NCBI GenBank assembly: GCA_947624945.1
Contig: CANQMJ010000002.1
Span: 1 to 37,040 of the forward strand
Source of the DNA: an uncultured Clostridia bacterium
GTDB lineage: Bacteria; Bacillota; Clostridia; Oscillospirales; CAG-272
Length of the DNA: 37,040 nucleotides
Direction: 5' to 3'
The notes beneath the pieces are model-generated. The model did no database searches and had not been told where the DNA came from. It saw only the letters and a program-made list of their open reading frames with translations. Positions 18,479 through 26,665 of the stretch are shown in pieces. A program made the translations under genes and the position numbers. How positions within the stretch are numbered: the first letter of the stretch is position 1; the number at the start of each line of letters is the position of its first letter.

Positions 18479-19864
18479 ATGGAAAAAAAGAAAAACAAGC
18501 TCACGACACGCATGTGCCTCCTGATCGCGACGGCGGCGGCGCTCATATTTACGCTCGCGGTGCCGATAGCAGCGGAGACCGAGGCGCCGGCATCCGACAG
18601 CGTAAGCGTTGACACGTCGTATGTCGATACTGACGGCGCGTCCGTCACGACATCGGAATTTGAAAGCGTCGTCGCGGAGCTCGACAAGACGTACGAAACC
18701 GACGCAAACGGCGACTATGTTTTCGAGTCCGCATCGGGCGGCTTCCGCATACAGGACATATTGCTCGTGCCGATGGGATTCATCATCCGCATCTGCTATG
18801 CGGTGACGCACAACTACGCGGCGGCTCTGTTTTTGTTCGCGCTCGTGATGCAGCTCATACTGTTCCCGCTCGGCATCAAGCAGCAGAAGAACATGAACAA
18901 GCAGGCGTCGCTCCGTCCGAAGGAAAACGCGATACGCAAGAAGTACGCGGGAAGAACGGACGCGGTAACGCAGAAGAAGATCAACGACGAGATAATGGCG
19001 CTCTATCAGCAGGAGAACTTCAATCCCGCGAGCGGGTGCCTGCCGCTTCTCATACAACTCCCGATAATATTCGCGCTGTTCGCCGTCGTAAGGCAGCCGC
19101 TGACGTATATAACGCGTCTGTCGTCGGGCGTTATCGCCGCGCTCAAAGCGCAGGTGTCGGCGCTTCTCGGCGCCGGCAACATGACGGTCGGCTATGAGGA
19201 GATAAACGTTATATCCTACTTAAAGGAGCACGGCACCGCCGCGCTTCACGGAATGGGAGGCGCAGTCTCGCCCGAGACTATCGAGGCGATGCCGTCGTTT
19301 AAGATGTTTGGCGGCGCATTCGACCTGTCCGTTCTGCCGTCGTCGAAGATATGGAGCATATACCTGCTCGTGCCGATACTGACATTCATATTCATGTACG
19401 GCTCGATGAAGTTGACGCGCAAATTCACGTATCAGTCGCAGGCGATGCAGGACCAGCAGTCGGCGGCGTCGATGAAGATAATGGATCTCGTCTCGCCGGT
19501 GATGTGTACGTATTTTGCGTTCGTGGTCCCGTCCGCGATAGGCATTTACTGGATGTACCGCAACATTCTCGCATTCGTGCAGCAGTTCGTACTGTCGAAG
19601 CTTTATCCGACGCCGAAGTTCACGGAGGAGGAGCTGAAGGAAGCGGAGCGCGAATATATGGGCAAGTCGAAGAAGCCGTCCGGCTCGGGGACGAAAACGG
19701 AACGCGACCCGAATAAGCCGAAGCCGCGTTCGCTTCACAGGATAGATTTCGACGACGATGACGACGATAACGGCGGAGAGTCGTCAAAGCCTGCGCTTGC
19801 GGAGCCGAAAGAAAAGGGCGACTCACCGATAGATTCGGCGCCGCTAAAAAAAGACGATAAATAA
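18479..19864 (+). CDS. yidC: YidC/Oxa1-family membrane insertase (long N- and C-terminal extensions)
   Basis: 461-aa ORF with a signal/anchor segment, a conserved core (LFLFALVMQLILFPLGIKQQKNM..., GCLPLLIQLPIIFALF) and a lysine/aspartate-rich tail. It occupies the canonical position after rnpA/yidD. Confidence 0.9.
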   Translation: MEKKKNKLTTRMCLLIATAAALIFTLAVPIAAETEAPASDSVSVDTSYVDTDGASVTTSEFESVVAELDKTYETDANGDYVFESASGGFRIQDILLVPMGFIIRICYAVTHNYAAALFLFALVMQLILFPLGIKQQKNMNKQASLRPKENAIRKKYAGRTDAVTQKKINDEIMALYQQENFNPASGCLPLLIQLPIIFALFAVVRQPLTYITRLSSGVIAALKAQVSALLGAGNMTVGYEEINVISYLKEHGTAALHGMGGAVSPETIEAMPSFKMFGGAFDLSVLPSSKIWSIYLLVPILTFIFMYGSMKLTRKFTYQSQAMQDQQSAASMKIMDLVSPVMCTYFAFVVPSAIGIYWMYRNILAFVQQFVLSKLYPTPKFTEEELKEAEREYMGKSKKPSGSGTKTERDPNKPKPRSLHRIDFDDDDDDNGGESSKPALAEPKEKGDSPIDSAPLKKDDK

Positions 19865-19888
19865 AAGAGGACAACGGAGAAAACGGAG

Positions 19889-20530
19889 ATGAAAAAAGAG
19901 ATAACAGCGACCGGAAAGACGGTCGACGAAGCTCTCGCATCGGCAAAGCAGACGATCGGCGCCGACGTTGAGGGCATAGAGTATGAGATATTGGAGCTGC
20001 CGAAAAAGGGACTTTTAGGCATAGGCAGCGCGCCTGCGGTCATTAAAGTGACGTACACGGTGCCGGACCCGAATCCTGCGAAGGTATTCCTCGAGTCGCT
20101 GCTCGGCACGCTCGGCATAAATGCTGACGTAACTGTCTCCGATGGTGAAGAGGGCGAGATGTGCCTCGACATCGAGGGAGAGGGCACGGGAATGCTGATC
20201 GGGCATCACGGCGAAACGCTCGACGCTTTGCAGTATCTGACGAGTCTTGCGAACACGCGCGGCGCCGACGAGGAAAACAGAAAGCGCCGTGTTACCGTCG
20301 ACATCGGCGGCTACCGCGAGAAGCGCGCGGAGACGCTGCGCACGCTGGCAAGACGCATGTCGGCGCGCGTGCTCAAATATAAGAGGAGCGTAACGCTCGA
20401 GCCGATGAATCCCTACGAGCGCCGCATTATACATTCCGAGGTGCAGAACATAGAGGGCGTCACCACCCACTCCATCGGCACCGATACAGACCGCCGCATC
20501 GTGATCTCTCTCGACCGCGGCGAGCAGTGA
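19889..20530 (+). CDS. jag: Jag/KhpB RNA-binding protein (Jag_N, KH, R3H)
   Basis: 213-aa ORF with a typical N-terminus (KEITATGKTVDEALASA), GHHGETLDALQYL (KH) and LEPMNPYERRIIH (R3H). It follows yidC. Confidence 0.88.
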   Translation: MKKEITATGKTVDEALASAKQTIGADVEGIEYEILELPKKGLLGIGSAPAVIKVTYTVPDPNPAKVFLESLLGTLGINADVTVSDGEEGEMCLDIEGEGTGMLIGHHGETLDALQYLTSLANTRGADEENRKRRVTVDIGGYREKRAETLRTLARRMSARVLKYKRSVTLEPMNPYERRIIHSEVQNIEGVTTHSIGTDTDRRIVISLDRGEQ

Positions 20531-20550
20531 GATTGAATTTTATATTATAT

Positions 20551-20627
20551 GCAGGGAGAGAGGAAAACTTCTTATAAGAAGTTTTCCTCTCTCCCTGCAC
20601 CCTCTTTCTTTTCAAGAATTTTTATGA
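20551..20627 (-). repeat. family-1 hairpin element; probable terminator of the rpmH-jag operon
   Basis: Perfect 48-nt palindrome GCAGGGAGAGAGGAAAACTTCTTA / TAAGAAGTTTTCCTCTCTCCCTGC, followed by ACCCTCTTTCTTTTCAAGAATTTTTATGA. Confidence 0.9.
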
Positions 20628-20675
20628 TTTTTTCTTTTTGATGAGCGGAGGGCAAAATCTTTTACAGGATGGTTT

Positions 20676-20710
20676 GGGAACCCGCTTTTCTGAAAGAAAA
20701 GGGGGTCCCC
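20676..20710. repeat. imperfect hairpin downstream of mnmE
   Basis: GGGAACCCGCTTTTC-TGAAA-GAAAAGGGGGTCCCC, 10 nt beyond the mnmE stop. There is no clear U-tract on the minus strand. Confidence 0.5.
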
Positions 20711-20719
20711 ATAAACAGT

Positions 20720-22105
20720 TTATTTACCCACGCAGAATTTGCCGAAGATCTCGCCCAAGACCTCGTCGGTGACGCTTTTGCCCGACAGCGTATATAGCGC
20801 GTCGAGCGCGTCGTTCAAGTCCGACGTGACGATGTCCCACATCATGCCGCCCGTGAGAGCGGAAACGGCGCGTTCGAGAGCGCTGTCGGCAGATGCGAGC
20901 GCCTCATTTTGGCGCGCGTGGAGCACGACGGCATCGTGACCGAGTCTGATATCGCCGTCGGTGAATGCGTGCTCTATTGCGGACACGAGCGCATCAAAGC
21001 CTCCGTCCCCGCGTCCGCGTATGAGCGACGTCGTTATTGGCAGCGCGTCGCGCTCCCTTGCGAGCGCGGTATATTCGTTTATATAGACCGCGTCGTCGCG
21101 GTCGATTTTGTTTATGACGGCGATTTTGACAGGCGCTGTGAGCGACATGACCTCGCCGTCCTCGCTCGAGAGCGGCACTGTCGAATCATGCACCGTTATC
21201 AAAAGCTCCGCTTTAGAGGCGCTTTTTTTTGCGCGCTCGACGCCGACAGCCTCGATCTCGTCGCCGGGAGTACGGATGCCGGCAGTATCGGAGAGGCGAA
21301 GGAGCACACGGCCCGCCGTCACCGATGCGGTGAGCGTATCGCGCGTCGTACCCGCGACGGGGGTGACTATAGCGGCGTCCTCGCCTACGAAGAGATTGTA
21401 AAGCGTGCTCTTTCCCGCGTTCGGTCGTCCGCATATGACGGCGTCTACGCCGTCCATGACGGCGCGTCCCGTGCGGTACGTGGACAAGAGCGATTTTGTA
21501 CGCACCGAAAGCGCACGGCACGCATCGAGAGCCTCGTCTCGGTCGATGTCGGCGAGGTCCTCCTCGGGATAGTCTATCTTAACATTTATGCGGGCAAGCA
21601 GAGACACTATTTCCCCGGAAATAGCGTCTACGTCGCGGGACAAAAGCGACATGGCGTCTCCGGCCGTGGCGCGGAGCTGCGCGCGCGTGGCCGCGTGTAT
21701 GAGGTCACCGACGCTCTCCGCCTCCGACAGCGTGAGCTTGCCGGACGTGAAGGCGCGACGTGTGAACTCGCCGGGCTCGGCGAGTCTTGCGCCCGCGTGA
21801 AGGACTGCGGTCAAAACCTCCTCCGTGACGAGGGCGCCGCCGTGGCAGCTTATCTCGACGGTGTCCTCGCCCGTGTACGAGTGCGGCGCGTAAAACACCG
21901 TGGCGACACATTTATCGACGGTATTGCCGTCGCTGTCGACGATATTGCCGACGCGGGCGTGTGCGTGCTCGGTCTCGCACAGGCGCTTGACGCGCGTCAC
22001 AAACACGCGGTCGGCAACGTCGACAGCGTCCGTGCCCGATATTCTTATTACCGCGATGCCGCCCGTCCCTCTCGGCGTCGAAATCGCGGCGATAGTGTCT
22101 GTCAT
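20720..22105 (-). CDS. mnmE: tRNA modification GTPase MnmE
   Basis: 461-aa ORF with MTDTIAAISTPRGTGGIAVIRISG, G-domain motifs GRPNAGKST and DTAGIR, and the C-terminal FCVGK motif. Confidence 0.95.
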   Translation of the reverse strand: MTDTIAAISTPRGTGGIAVIRISGTDAVDVADRVFVTRVKRLCETEHAHARVGNIVDSDGNTVDKCVATVFYAPHSYTGEDTVEISCHGGALVTEEVLTAVLHAGARLAEPGEFTRRAFTSGKLTLSEAESVGDLIHAATRAQLRATAGDAMSLLSRDVDAISGEIVSLLARINVKIDYPEEDLADIDRDEALDACRALSVRTKSLLSTYRTGRAVMDGVDAVICGRPNAGKSTLYNLFVGEDAAIVTPVAGTTRDTLTASVTAGRVLLRLSDTAGIRTPGDEIEAVGVERAKKSASKAELLITVHDSTVPLSSEDGEVMSLTAPVKIAVINKIDRDDAVYINEYTALARERDALPITTSLIRGRGDGGFDALVSAIEHAFTDGDIRLGHDAVVLHARQNEALASADSALERAVSALTGGMMWDIVTSDLNDALDALYTLSGKSVTDEVLGEIFGKFCVGK

Positions 22106-22126
22106 TTTGGGTAGTTTATGGGTGGT

Positions 22127-22202
22127 GGGGGGAGGACCCTTTTTCTTATAAGAAAAAAGGTCCTCCCCCCACGCCCCCCTCTCCTATAAAGAATTTTTAT
22201 GA
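22127..22202 (-). repeat. family-1 hairpin element between SD-like tract and mnmE start
   Basis: The minus strand reads TCATAAAAATTCTTTATAGGAGAGGGGGGCGT, then GGGGGGAGGACC.../...GGTCCTCCCCCC, then 21 nt and the mnmE ATG. Confidence 0.9.
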
Positions 22203-22367
22203 CTTCTTTTGTTTTTGTCGGTATCAATATAATATCGCGAACGGGGAGATGTGTCAAGTATCAGGAAAGATTAAGTGAAAATTACACAGACGGAAAAATT
22301 TTGAAACGGAGTTTGCTTTACTATGAAAGTTTTCGCTTGCTTAAAGCAACTTTATATATAATACCTC

Positions 22368-22396
22368 TTGAAAAAAAGTCGGATTTGTGGTACAAT
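22368..22396 (+). promoter_or_regulatory. putative dnaA promoter
   Basis: TTGAAA, 17-nt spacer, TGgTACAAT (extended -10), 37 nt upstream of the dnaA ATG. Confidence 0.65.
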
Positions 22397-22432
22397 GTAG
22401 GGTAGCAATATAATGGTGAAAAACGGGAAAAA

Positions 22433-23812
22433 ATGTTTCAGAACGAGATTGATAACATATGGAATGCGGTAAAGGAGGAGCTGAAAAAGCGATTCGCGCC
22501 GTCCGCGTATGACTTGTGGGTCCCGGTCTTAAAGCTGATAACGATAGACGATGACAAAGCAGTTTTGACATGCGACAGCGAATTCAAGCTCGGGATAATA
22601 AAGAACCGGCACATAAACAAAATAGAGGACGCGTTTGAAGCCGTGCTCGGTTACCGCGTCGAACTGGACATATCCGCAACCGAGACGGAAACGAAGCCGA
22701 AAGATGAAGTAAGCATAGCGGCGAAAGATACGGCGTCGCTCGCAAACGTCAAAAACGTCCGCGACATCGACCTTGACGACGTAAAGACCGACAACTTCCT
22801 CTACCACGCCGAATACACGTTCGACAACTTCATCGTCGGCGGGTCGAACAAGTTCGCGCACGCGGCATGCGTCGCGGTAGCGAAGGACCCGGGCGAATCA
22901 TATAATCCCCTTTTCATATACGGACCGAGCGGACTCGGCAAGACGCATCTGATGTACGCGGTCACGAACGAGATATGGCGGCGCAATCCGAAAATATCGC
23001 TCGTATACGTCAAGGGCGAGCAGTTCACGAACGAGCTCATCGAGGCGATATCGACAAAGAGCACGTCGTCGTTCAGGGAAAAATACAGAAACACCGACGT
23101 GCTCCTCATCGACGACGTGCAGTTCATAGGCGGCAAAGAGTCGACGCAGGAGGAAATGTTCCACACCTTCAACGCACTTTACGAGAATCACAAGCAGATA
23201 ATCCTCACCTCCGACCGTCCGCCGAAGGAGATAAAGGTCCTCGAGGACAGACTCAAAACGAGATTCGAGTGGGGACTTCTTGCCGATATACAGCCGCCGG
23301 ACCTCGAGCTTCGGTCGGCAATAATAAAGAAAAAGAGCGAGGCGATGGGACTCGAGCTGTCGCCGGAGGTGATAGCGTATCTCGCCGACAGGCTCAAGAG
23401 CAACATACGCCAGATAGAGGGCGCGCTGAAACGGCTCAAGGCGATGTCGTATCTGTCGGGTACGAAAATTACCGTCGACGTCGCGGCGCGGAGCCTCTCC
23501 GACATCGTATCCGAAGAAATACCGCTCTCATCGAAGATATCGAGGGTGATAGGCGAGGTATCGAGCAAGTACGGATTCGAGGAGGCAGACCTCAGAGGCA
23601 AAAAACGGACGCAGGAGCTCGCATGGGCGCGTCACGTCGCGATATATATACTGCGCGAACGCACAGACATGTCGTGGTCGGCGATAGGGGCCGAGTTCGG
23701 ACGCGACCACTCGACGATAATGGCGTCGTATAAGATAGTGGCGGACGAGATAGAGTCGAACCCGTCGTTCGCGGTCGAAATGAACGAGCTACTCAACGAC
23801 GTCGATATTTGA
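22433..23812 (+). CDS. dnaA: chromosomal replication initiator protein DnaA
   Basis: 459-aa ORF with AAA+ Walker A GPSGLGKTH, LLIDDVQF, and domain IV (AWARHVAIYILRE...GRDHSTIM). Confidence 0.97.
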   Translation: MFQNEIDNIWNAVKEELKKRFAPSAYDLWVPVLKLITIDDDKAVLTCDSEFKLGIIKNRHINKIEDAFEAVLGYRVELDISATETETKPKDEVSIAAKDTASLANVKNVRDIDLDDVKTDNFLYHAEYTFDNFIVGGSNKFAHAACVAVAKDPGESYNPLFIYGPSGLGKTHLMYAVTNEIWRRNPKISLVYVKGEQFTNELIEAISTKSTSSFREKYRNTDVLLIDDVQFIGGKESTQEEMFHTFNALYENHKQIILTSDRPPKEIKVLEDRLKTRFEWGLLADIQPPDLELRSAIIKKKSEAMGLELSPEVIAYLADRLKSNIRQIEGALKRLKAMSYLSGTKITVDVAARSLSDIVSEEIPLSSKISRVIGEVSSKYGFEEADLRGKKRTQELAWARHVAIYILRERTDMSWSAIGAEFGRDHSTIMASYKIVADEIESNPSFAVEMNELLNDVDI

Positions 23813-23895
23813 CGCGATATAGGATCAAATCCGTATCATTTTGCGCCGTTTTGCCATATAATGTAAAATATTACAGATAAATTCATATCGGCGGG

Positions 23896-24077
23896 TGTGG
23901 AATGTCTATTCGACAAACGTATATTTTCAACAATCTGTGGAAAAGGGTGTGGAAAACTCAAATCGAGTGGGGAAACAGATGTGAAAACAAGCGTGTCGAA
24001 AACGGAAAATCGAGCAAAATATAGCGCGCCGCGGATGTGAAAAAAAATACTTTATCGGTCAAAATCGGTGTTGAAAA
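23896..24077. promoter_or_regulatory. DnaA-box cluster (oriC, downstream of dnaA)
   Basis: Matches to TTATCCACA or its complement: TGTGGAAAA at 23936 and 23948 (8/9 each), TTTTCAACA at 23924 (7/9), TGTGAAAAA at 24036 (7/9), TGTTGAAAA at 24069 (7/9), plus 6/9 sites at 23896, 23968 and 23980. Confidence 0.7.
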
Positions 24078-24232
24078 CACGTTTTCGGCGCAAAAATCGG
24101 AGTATTCGGCGATATTACTAAAAAAGTTTCCCATATTTTATAAATGTTTCAAACATGCAACGAGCCGTGATCTCAACAGAAAGCAAAACGCGGAGACAGT
24201 CGAAAAAATCAGCGTTTTTGGACGTCTCAGAG

Positions 24233-24241
24233 TTTTCCACA
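24233..24241 (+). promoter_or_regulatory. DnaA box adjacent to the unwinding element
   Basis: TTTTCCACA (8/9), 12 nt upstream of the trinucleotide-periodic run. Confidence 0.65.
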
Positions 24242-24253
24242 CAGTCAACACGA

Positions 24254-24277
24254 CTACTACGATTACTACTGCTAATA
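24254..24277. promoter_or_regulatory. DnaA-trio-like trinucleotide repeat
   Basis: CTA CTA CGA TTA CTA CTG CTA ATA on the top strand. This is TAG/TAA on the bottom strand (5 of 8 units), lying between a DnaA box and the AT-rich tract as in the Bacillus subtilis oriC unwinding module. Confidence 0.55.
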
Positions 24278-24300
24278 AAAATAAATATTTATGTATGTAA
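24272..24300. other. AT-rich candidate DNA unwinding element of oriC
   Basis: CTAATAAAAATAAATATTTATGTATGTAA is the most AT-rich stretch of the window and lies immediately after the trio-like run. Confidence 0.55.
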
Positions 24301-24424
24301 GACAGACAAACACGGATAGAGAAATTTTCAACATAATACGTTGAAACATTCAGACAGATACAAACAGACATAAAAACAGTTATTGATATTATGCAGAGAC
24401 ATCATTAAACGTGCTAAAATAAAA

Positions 24425-25052
24425 TAGCCATAAAAGTTTTGAACACATATAGTATCAGGAGAAACTTTTTTATTTGCGGAGCCCCTTTTTGTAGAAAGGT
24501 AGGAGTTTTGTCGCTTACGCTCCAAACCTCCGAACACAGTGAGGAGATGCTCCCCTCACAAAAGCGGACTAAATAGTGCTTATCTTAAGTTCGCTCGAAA
24601 AATTTTGTTATCTAAAAAACACAGCAAAATAAAAAAATGTCATAAAAGTTTTTGAATGAGTTAGGTAGTTTGGCGCAAGCGCCAACCTACGGCACATTTT
24701 CGCTGCGCGAAAAGTGCGGGGTTCGGGGGAGTTTTGTCGCTTACGCGCCAAACCTCCGACACTTTCCGCAAAGCGGAAAGTGTGGGTCAAAAGCAGGGAT
24801 TTCACTAACACGATAAATAAAAATAAGTCATAAAAGTTTTTGAACACATACAGTATCAGGAGAAACTTTTTTATTTGCGGAGCCCCTTTTTGTAGAAAGG
24901 TAGGAGTTTTGTCGCTTACGCTCCAAACCTCCGACACTTTTCGCAAAGCGAAAAGTGTGGCAGCTCCGAACGTAGTGAGGAGATGCTCCCCTCACAAAAG
25001 CGGACTAAATAGTGTTCATCTTAAGCTATCACTGAAGATATTGTTTCCGTTT
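24425..25052 (-). repeat. family-2 composite repeats, three tandem units in the oriC-dnaN spacer
   Basis: Units start at about 24425, 24637 and 24825, each with (T)CATAAAAGTTTTTGAA. REP hairpins lie at 24692..24717, 24758..24784 and 24933..24959. Unit 1 lacks the REP core. Confidence 0.85.
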
Positions 25053-25074
25053 ACTTAAATAAAACAAAATAAAG

Positions 25075-25137
25075 TAATAAAAGTTTTTAAAGAGGAGGTT
25101 CGGAGGAGAAACTTTTTTCAAAAAGTTTCTCCTCTGA
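25075..25137 (+). repeat. family-1 hairpin element between SD-like tract and dnaN start
   Basis: TAATAAAAGTTTTTAAAGAGGAGG, then the stem TCGGAGGAGAAACTTTTT / AAAAAGTTTCTCCTCTGA, then 11 nt and the dnaN ATG. Confidence 0.9.
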
Positions 25138-25148
25138 GAAATCAAACC

Positions 25149-26303
25149 ATGAAATTAGTTTTCGAAAAGACGCCGCTGATCGCGGCGGTGACGCCGGCGA
25201 TGAACGCGACGTCGAACAAGAACACGCTGACGGCGATAGACGGGCTTCTGTTTGAGGCGAAGGAAGGCGGCGGCGAGTGCGTCATAACCGCCTACGACAA
25301 CGAGAAAGGCATACGCACGTCGGTCGAGGCCGAGGTCAGGGAGCCCGGAAGCTATATAATAAACGCGCAGAAGTTCTTCTCCATAATCAGAATGATGCCG
25401 AACGACGAGATCACCGTCACCGTCAGCGATAAAATGAACGTGAAAATAGAGAGCGGACGCAGTAGCTTCGAGCTGCACGCGCTGCCCGGCTCCGACTTCC
25501 CATCGCTGCCTACACTGTCCGGCGACCGCGGATTCGTCGTCGCACAGCATATCATGAAAAAATTCATCGCGCAGACGTCGTTCGCGATAGCGCAAAAGGA
25601 TCAGCGCCCCATCTTCACCGGCGCTTACTTCCACGTAACTAAGGACGGCATGACCGTCGTCGCATGCGACGGAAACAGACTGTCCCGCTGCCGCACGAGC
25701 GGCGGCATCGCGGGTCACGGCGAGGACGATATCCCCGAGATGAACTTCAACGTTCCCGGCAAAACGCTGTTTGAGCTCGGCAAGCTGCTCGCCGATTCGG
25801 AGGATACGATGAGAGTGTCGCTGACGAGACGCCACGTCATTTTCACGGTCGGCAATATCGTGTTCTTCTCGCGCCTCATCGACGGCGAATACATCGACTA
25901 CGAGAGAATAATCCCGAAAACGCATGAAACGACGGTCGAGATCGACAGAGCCGAACTCGTCGCGTCGCTCGAACGCGCGTCCCTTATGATAGAGGAAAAA
26001 TCGGGCGGCGCAAGAGGTCACGTCGCGTGCACGTTTACGGGCGATAAGCTCGCGATAAACGCCGACAGCGTCTCCGGCTCCGTGTACGATGAAATACCGA
26101 TCTCCATGTCGGGCAGCGATATCAGGATAGGCTTCAACTGCCGCTTTTTACTCGACGCCGCAAGAGCTGCCGACGCCGAAACGGTCAAGATCGAGCTCAC
26201 CTCGCCGCTCATGGGCGTATGTATAACAGATAATGATCCCGACCGCGCAGAGGACGAGGGCGACTTCCTGTTCTTTGTCATGCCGGTAAGGATGAAGGAC
26301 TAA
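25149..26303 (+). CDS. dnaN: DNA polymerase III beta sliding clamp
   Basis: 384-aa ORF with a DnaN-like N-terminus (MKLVFEKTPLIAAVTPAMNATSNKNTLTAIDGLLFEA) and three-domain length. It is the next gene downstream of dnaA, 1.3 kb away. Confidence 0.95.
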   Translation: MKLVFEKTPLIAAVTPAMNATSNKNTLTAIDGLLFEAKEGGGECVITAYDNEKGIRTSVEAEVREPGSYIINAQKFFSIIRMMPNDEITVTVSDKMNVKIESGRSSFELHALPGSDFPSLPTLSGDRGFVVAQHIMKKFIAQTSFAIAQKDQRPIFTGAYFHVTKDGMTVVACDGNRLSRCRTSGGIAGHGEDDIPEMNFNVPGKTLFELGKLLADSEDTMRVSLTRRHVIFTVGNIVFFSRLIDGEYIDYERIIPKTHETTVEIDRAELVASLERASLMIEEKSGGARGHVACTFTGDKLAINADSVSGSVYDEIPISMSGSDIRIGFNCRFLLDAARAADAETVKIELTSPLMGVCITDNDPDRAEDEGDFLFFVMPVRMKD

Positions 26304-26322
26304 AATTTTCTTCGGAGAGAAA

Positions 26323-26460
26323 TTAAGATAATCAGATTTGGTCCGCTTTTGTGAAGGGAGCGTCTCCTCACTGCGTTCGGAGCTGTCACACTTTCCGCTT
26401 TGCGGAAAGTGTCGGAGGTTTGGAGCGTAAGCGACAAAACTCCCACCTTTCTACAAAAAG
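26323..26460 (+). repeat. family-2 composite repeat (dnaN-recF spacer)
   Basis: Near-identical to 2046..2200, with REP at 26387..26412. Confidence 0.9.
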
Positions 26461-26524
26461 ATTCTCCATGCAACAACCGATAGTGATGATTAAAAGGACA
26501 ATAAAATAAGGTTTTCGGAGCGTC

Positions 26525-26650
26525 GATTAGATAATCGGTTCAGATTAGCTTTTTTAGAGGAGCACGAAGTAGTTTGGCGCATCGCGCCAAACTACGACAC
26601 TTTTCGCAAAGCGAAAAGTGTAGCAGTGCCAAACTTCTTTCTAAAAAAGG
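26525..26650. repeat. family-2 variant with inverted REP dyad
   Basis: GTAGTTTGGCGC-ATC-GCGCCAAACTAC (26569..26595) is immediately followed by GACACTTTTCGC-AAA-GCGAAAAGTGT (26596..26621). The dyad order is reversed relative to 26387..26445. Confidence 0.85.
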
Positions 26651-26665
26651 TTCCTCGCAAACAAA

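Noticed and set aside
20909-22114. 401-aa ORF on the plus strand overlapping mnmE.
   Set aside because: It is the antisense frame of a clearly identified mnmE, with no motifs and no RBS.
24037-24300. 87-aa ORF (and neighbours 24138..24371 minus, 24328..24537 minus) in the dnaA-dnaN spacer.
   Set aside because: These lie across the DnaA boxes and the AT-rich unwinding region. They are AT-rich low-complexity translations without an RBS.
24425-25140. Regularly spaced repeats between dnaA and dnaN that might be a CRISPR array.
   Set aside because: Units are about 190-245 bp, internally complex and only about 80-90% similar. There are no short identical direct repeats with unique spacers, and no cas genes or leader. 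They belong to the dispersed family-2 repeats also seen at 1853..2211 and 26323..26650.
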